DNA of 63,763 bases, counting the filler, from Collodictyon triciliatum (taxonomy: Eukaryota), in assembly GCA_043381765.1 (NCBI GenBank). It is 7 parts of 7 records of this genome, joined end to end, with 100 filler letters (N's around TTAATTAATTAA, not from the genome) between each part and the next. Parts side by side here need not be neighbours in the genome. Positions count along the whole stretch, not along the records: positions 46,297 to 57,864 come from JBHJMP010002365.1; positions 57,965 to 62,565 come from JBHJMP010002390.1; positions 62,666 to 63,763 come from JBHJMP010002528.1; 4 more parts are not named here. The stretch is one strand, 5' to 3'. Below, one piece after another: positions 56,000-63,763 of the stretch. The position numbers were made by a program, and so were the translations under genes. The notes under the pieces are model-generated. The model did no database searches. It had not been told where the DNA came from and was given only the letters and a program-made list of their open reading frames with translations. Within the stretch, counting starts at the first letter, position 1; every line of letters starts with the position of its first letter.

Positions 56000-57740
56000 G
56001 CTATTCACTAACGATGCAGTACCGAATAAATTCCCCTTTTATTGACAGATGACTGTAATGCTGGATGATTATACACTATTTGTGTTTCCAAATTGCAGAC
56101 CGACCTGTATTATTCCAGAATTTGAAGAAGCATTGTATCCCGACTACTCAAATTCGTCGCTGTAGTCACTTCGAGTCGTTTACTAACGAATAGCAAAAAG
56201 AGTCGGTGTTTTCCAATATGTTTCCTCACAATCCAATGGATTAACAGCATTTAATGTATTGGATGCCGTGCATTGTTGTTGATACACCGCTTTGTTTGAT
56301 GCACAAAACATACCCTTTCCTGAGTAAGAAGTTATAACGTTTGTTGATGCAGGAACTAATGCAGCAGCGCCAGTAGTAATATTATCTGTTGCGACTCTAT
56401 TAAAGTTGACTTGGCCAATCATTTCAGCTGAGGTATTGTATCCTAGCGCTTTCATGAGATATGTAAGCGACTCTGGACTGTAATTATTGCAAACGCCAAC
56501 AACTCCGCTAGTTAACAGTCCATTCTTTGCTGAAATAGCAACAGAAGGTTGGTTAGCTTATCCCGCATTTGTGAATTGTATTGGCACAGACGGCTGAATT
56601 TTACCATTAATGGTAAGCCGAGACTGAGACAAGCCCTCCGGAAAGTGAAGACGGTCCGTACCAAGATATGTTGCATGACCAGTCTCAACCTCCTGAGTAA
56701 AAATAGAATAGACAGCATTGATATTTAAGCACTGCACTTATATATTTTGATTGGAATGGCCTGAAAAATTTCAAGCAATAGGAAGCTGTGTTACGAAATA
56801 AGTCTCAATAGGAATCTGCAAATTGTTGGATACAAGATATTGAATTAGAGCATTATTATACGATGGTTCTGTTTGGATGTAATTAATATTCATTCTAATG
56901 TCTGAGAATCGATACTGCAAATTATTTAATGAAGAACCTACTCAGGTATTATAATCAAAAGGTGTTGCAGTAGCAGCTATAGGAGATGTTAATAACCTTG
57001 CGTGAATAAATCAGATGAAGGTGTCATCCAATTACAAATTTTAAGCGTATTTGGGCCTAGAAGATAAGCCAGCAAAAGTGTTTTAATATTCATCAACCCA
57101 AGGTATCGCAGTGGAAAAGCAATCTGTAATTTAGCAGATTTTGCATTAGTTGCATTTAATCCAGTCGGATGCGTTTCAGCCCCCAACAATAATGCTTTAC
57201 TTCGGTCCAAAATAGATTGTGAAAGTCCCATACTACCCGACATTAAATTACACCAGTTAGCATTGTTACAATAATTGTGCTTGAAGCTCTCAAGGTAGTT
57301 ATAGTTGTCTATGCGTTCGAATTCACTTCCATCGGGATATACAACAATACGATATATCATACTTTCCCAACTTTCAGCTTGAGCTAAAATGGGATATCTA
57401 ATTAGCTGTCCTGCAGTTACAGGTAAAACTGCTTCACTTGCTCTTAAATATTTTACAAATGATGTTGATTGATTTCCTATGGCATTGCCTGCATCAGTTA
57501 CAAAAAGCAAGGGATCCACTTGTTCGCATTGTATGTTTCCAGTTATCCAAGCACTGTCCATTTGAATGCTCCACTCATTGTCAATGGGAACCCTAAAAAC
57601 AATTTGAGGGCCAGATGAAAAATTTACAACTTGCTCGGTTCCGTTTGACGAAGAACATGTCTTTGCTGTTTTTCAAGGATAGTTTTTTTCTTGGATGAAA
57701 TATTTCTAAACTGCAGTTCTTCGGGTAGTGAGTCCATCAT
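56000..57740 (-). mobile_element. Endogenous Polinton-like-virus major capsid protein gene (pseudogenised)
   Basis: Intronless, roughly 570-codon frame with stops and frameshifts: MDSLPEELQF..SNGTEQ..PQIVFRVPID..SMIYRIVVYPDGSEFERIDNYNYL..IAFPLRYLGLM..YRFSDIRMNINYI..LQIPIETY..RLTINGKIQPSVPI..ESLTYLMKALG..FAI..SGYNAS..IQVGLQF. This motif order is typical of PLV double-jelly-roll capsids. Confidence 0.72.
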
Positions 57741-57766
57741 ATTTTTAAAAAGAAAATAATTTTCGC

Positions 57767-57864
57767 TTAGTAACCTATTTTATTTCGAATGTTGTCGTCG
57801 TATGATTTTATGACTTTTCCCAGGGATTCATTTTTTTGTCCAGCTCCACGAATTACAGGCTCAT
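57767..57864 (-). CDS. 3' end of an intronless ORF immediately upstream of the capsid gene (probable viral gene)
   Basis: EPVIRGAGQKNESLGKVIKSYDDNIRNKIGY stop, co-directional, ending 26 nt before the capsid ATG; cut by the contig end. Confidence 0.35.
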
Positions 57865-58639
57865 NNNNNNNNNNNNNNNNNNNNNNNNNNNNNNNNNNNN
57901 NNNNNNNNTTAATTAATTAANNNNNNNNNNNNNNNNNNNNNNNNNNNNNNNNNNNNNNNNNNNNAGGCAAAATGAAAATCCAAAAAAAAAAAAAAAAAAA
58001 AAGGAAAATGCAATTTCTTTCTGGATGTCTATTCCTTTAACAGGCAATTAGATGGCCTCTGCAGAACATTTCCCAAGGGAAACATATCCACAATGCGGCT
58101 GATTACCGGCAACCTTCATCAGGAAAAAGGTGTTTGATCATCAGTCTGCGGCCGAGAAGCAAAAACGGCTCTTGTGGAACTCGGTACTAGGAGCAAGGCT
58201 CACAGAGTATTGCGCACCATCTATCTAGAAGGCATAGGCGTTTGATTGTTGTGACAGAAAAGAAAGAAAAGAGGAGAAGAAAACAAAACAAAGCAATATC
58301 GGCTCTGATCGGAGTAACGTGAGCAGGAAAGAGAAGAGATGGGAGAGTTTGGAGTGTGATATTAAAAAAAATAATAAAAAAAAAAAAAAAAGAAGAAAAA
58401 AAGGTGGATAGGCTGTGATGATCCCTTCCCACCTTTATATTCCCTCTCTTTTCTTTGCCTGCATATTGCACACCTGTCAAAATATAGCACAGTAGCTTGA
58501 TGGGGATTATGAGAAAAAAAAAGATTTTCTTCTCTTGCTGATTGAAGGGTGCACTTAGTTCAGCACGACTAAAAGCTTTTATTCACTTTTGTGTACTGCT
58601 TGCAATCTGACTGGCTTGTGTTAGGAACGAAGCTCCTTG

Positions 58640-62362
<3,723 letters not shown>

Positions 62363-62723
62363 GTAGCTTTATTTTCAGGCATTACAAGGTTAAAGCTCCT
62401 AATTGCAATCAATTAAGAGAATAAAAGACATAATTTGATTCATCGATGACATCTTTGTTGTTTTCGTTTTTTGATTTTTGATTTTTGATTTTTGATTTTT
62501 GATTTTTGATTTTTGATTTTTGATTTTTGATTTTTGATTTTTGATTTTTGATTTTTGATTTTTGANNNNNNNNNNNNNNNNNNNNNNNNNNNNNNNNNNN
62601 NNNNNNNNNTTAATTAATTAANNNNNNNNNNNNNNNNNNNNNNNNNNNNNNNNNNNNNNNNNNNNAGAACCCGTACAAGAAAGTGCAAATCAAAGTCAGG
62701 GCGAGGCTCTTTCGTTCGGGTCT

Positions 62724-63763
62724 GTGCAGGAGTCGCTGGATGTGCGGGAGGATTATTCGGGCGGCACAGTCAATTATCTCAAGATACTCAACAATGTGCA
62801 GCTCGTATTGCCGGGTTTGTTTATCAGCAACTATCGCGCATCGTGTGATTTGGAGACTCTGCAGAAGGTTCATGGAATCACGCATGTCCTGAGCGTCTTG
62901 AAGACAGAGCCACCACATCCGCAATCGGTACCCTCCAGCCGGCTCGCCGCCCACAGAGACCCGATCGCTCCACACTACCCACCCCACACCCACACCCGAG
63001 CGAGATACAGACCAGAGATCTAATGACTATCTTCTTACTTTCCTGTGAATAGTACCACAGAAGAAAAGACTGTGTATTGTTGTCAATCATGTTCAGTGAT
63101 ACTTTATTTGCCAACCTCGGTTTGCTTTGCTTTTGTTCTGTTTTGGTTTCCTTTTTTTTTTTTTTTTTTTTTACTTTTACTTTCGGGAGTATGATTCAAG
63201 CCGGCATCACATATGCAATCGTGCCAGAGGAAGATGTGGAATGCACCAATCTGCTGCAATACTTTGAAGCAGCCAGAATGTTTATTTCTGCTGGAAGACA
63301 AGCAGGCGGATGCCTTTGTGCAGCTAGGTATACACCGACTCGATCGATTTCGGCTTTAACCTTTTAACTTTTTATTTTTTGTTTTTTGTTCTTGATGATA
63401 TCATTTCTCATTATTCCCACCCAATCTCTACGATATTTTTCAACGTATTTTCCTCTCTTTTTTTCTCTCTTCTCATATATCTTATTCGATTCTGTCACTC
63501 AACTCTTGCTTCGCCGTAATCCTCACTTCCATTTTTTTTTTTATCCTTCCTGTCAAAACAAAACAAACGTACAAACACACATCCATCGTCCAATGAATAT
63601 GAACGCGGAATACAGAGAAACAGTCAATATCTACCTATGATTCCTCACCCTTTTTTTTTTTTTTTTGTTTTGTTTTATCATCGCATGGTGGCTATTAGCA
63701 TGGCAGGCATTTCGCGCTCGGCCACGCTTCTGCTGAGCTACCTGATGAGCGAAGCCTTCATCG
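62724..63763 (+). CDS. Dual-specificity protein phosphatase-family gene (partial), possibly catalytically inactive
   Basis: VLPGLFISNYRASCDLETLQKVHGITHVLSV, EDVECTNLLQYFEAARMFI, MAGISRSATLLLSYLM; truncated at both ends. Confidence 0.82.

Noticed and set aside
56000-57740. Stop-codon reassignment as an explanation for in-frame stops in the capsid, Fanzor and GPCR frames
   Set aside because: All three stop types and frameshifts occur, while host genes end normally in TAA or TGA; decay is the simpler explanation.

Overview
AT-rich, intron-dense nuclear DNA from a flagellated eukaryote, probably a protist (an outer dynein arm docking-complex gene is present). The window is not one locus. It is seven contigs joined by artificial 100-nt linkers (N44-TTAATTAATTAA-N44), so neighbourhood across linkers carries no information. 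Genes reconstructed by manual splicing: a bacterial CyaB-like multi-GAF/PAS class IIIb adenylyl cyclase; DEPDC5/Iml1; an EF-hand type II NAD(P)H dehydrogenase; a UBR-type RING E3 apparently lacking the UBR box; a TmcB-like membrane protein fused to a C-terminal RING; a Tul1/FLY1-like membrane E3; the 3' end of a cNMP-binding protein; ODA-DC2/CCDC114; a degenerate cAMP-receptor-like GPCR; an SK-like K+ channel; and a dual-specificity (possibly pseudo-)phosphatase. Two intronless, decayed foreign elements stand out: a Fanzor1 (eukaryotic TnpB-like RNA-guided nuclease) remnant at about 23.8-24.95 kb, and a Polinton-like-virus major capsid gene at about 56.0-57.74 kb. Most long ORFs in the supplied track are microsatellite artefacts. 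Family calls rest on motifs I recognise by eye; no database searches were run.
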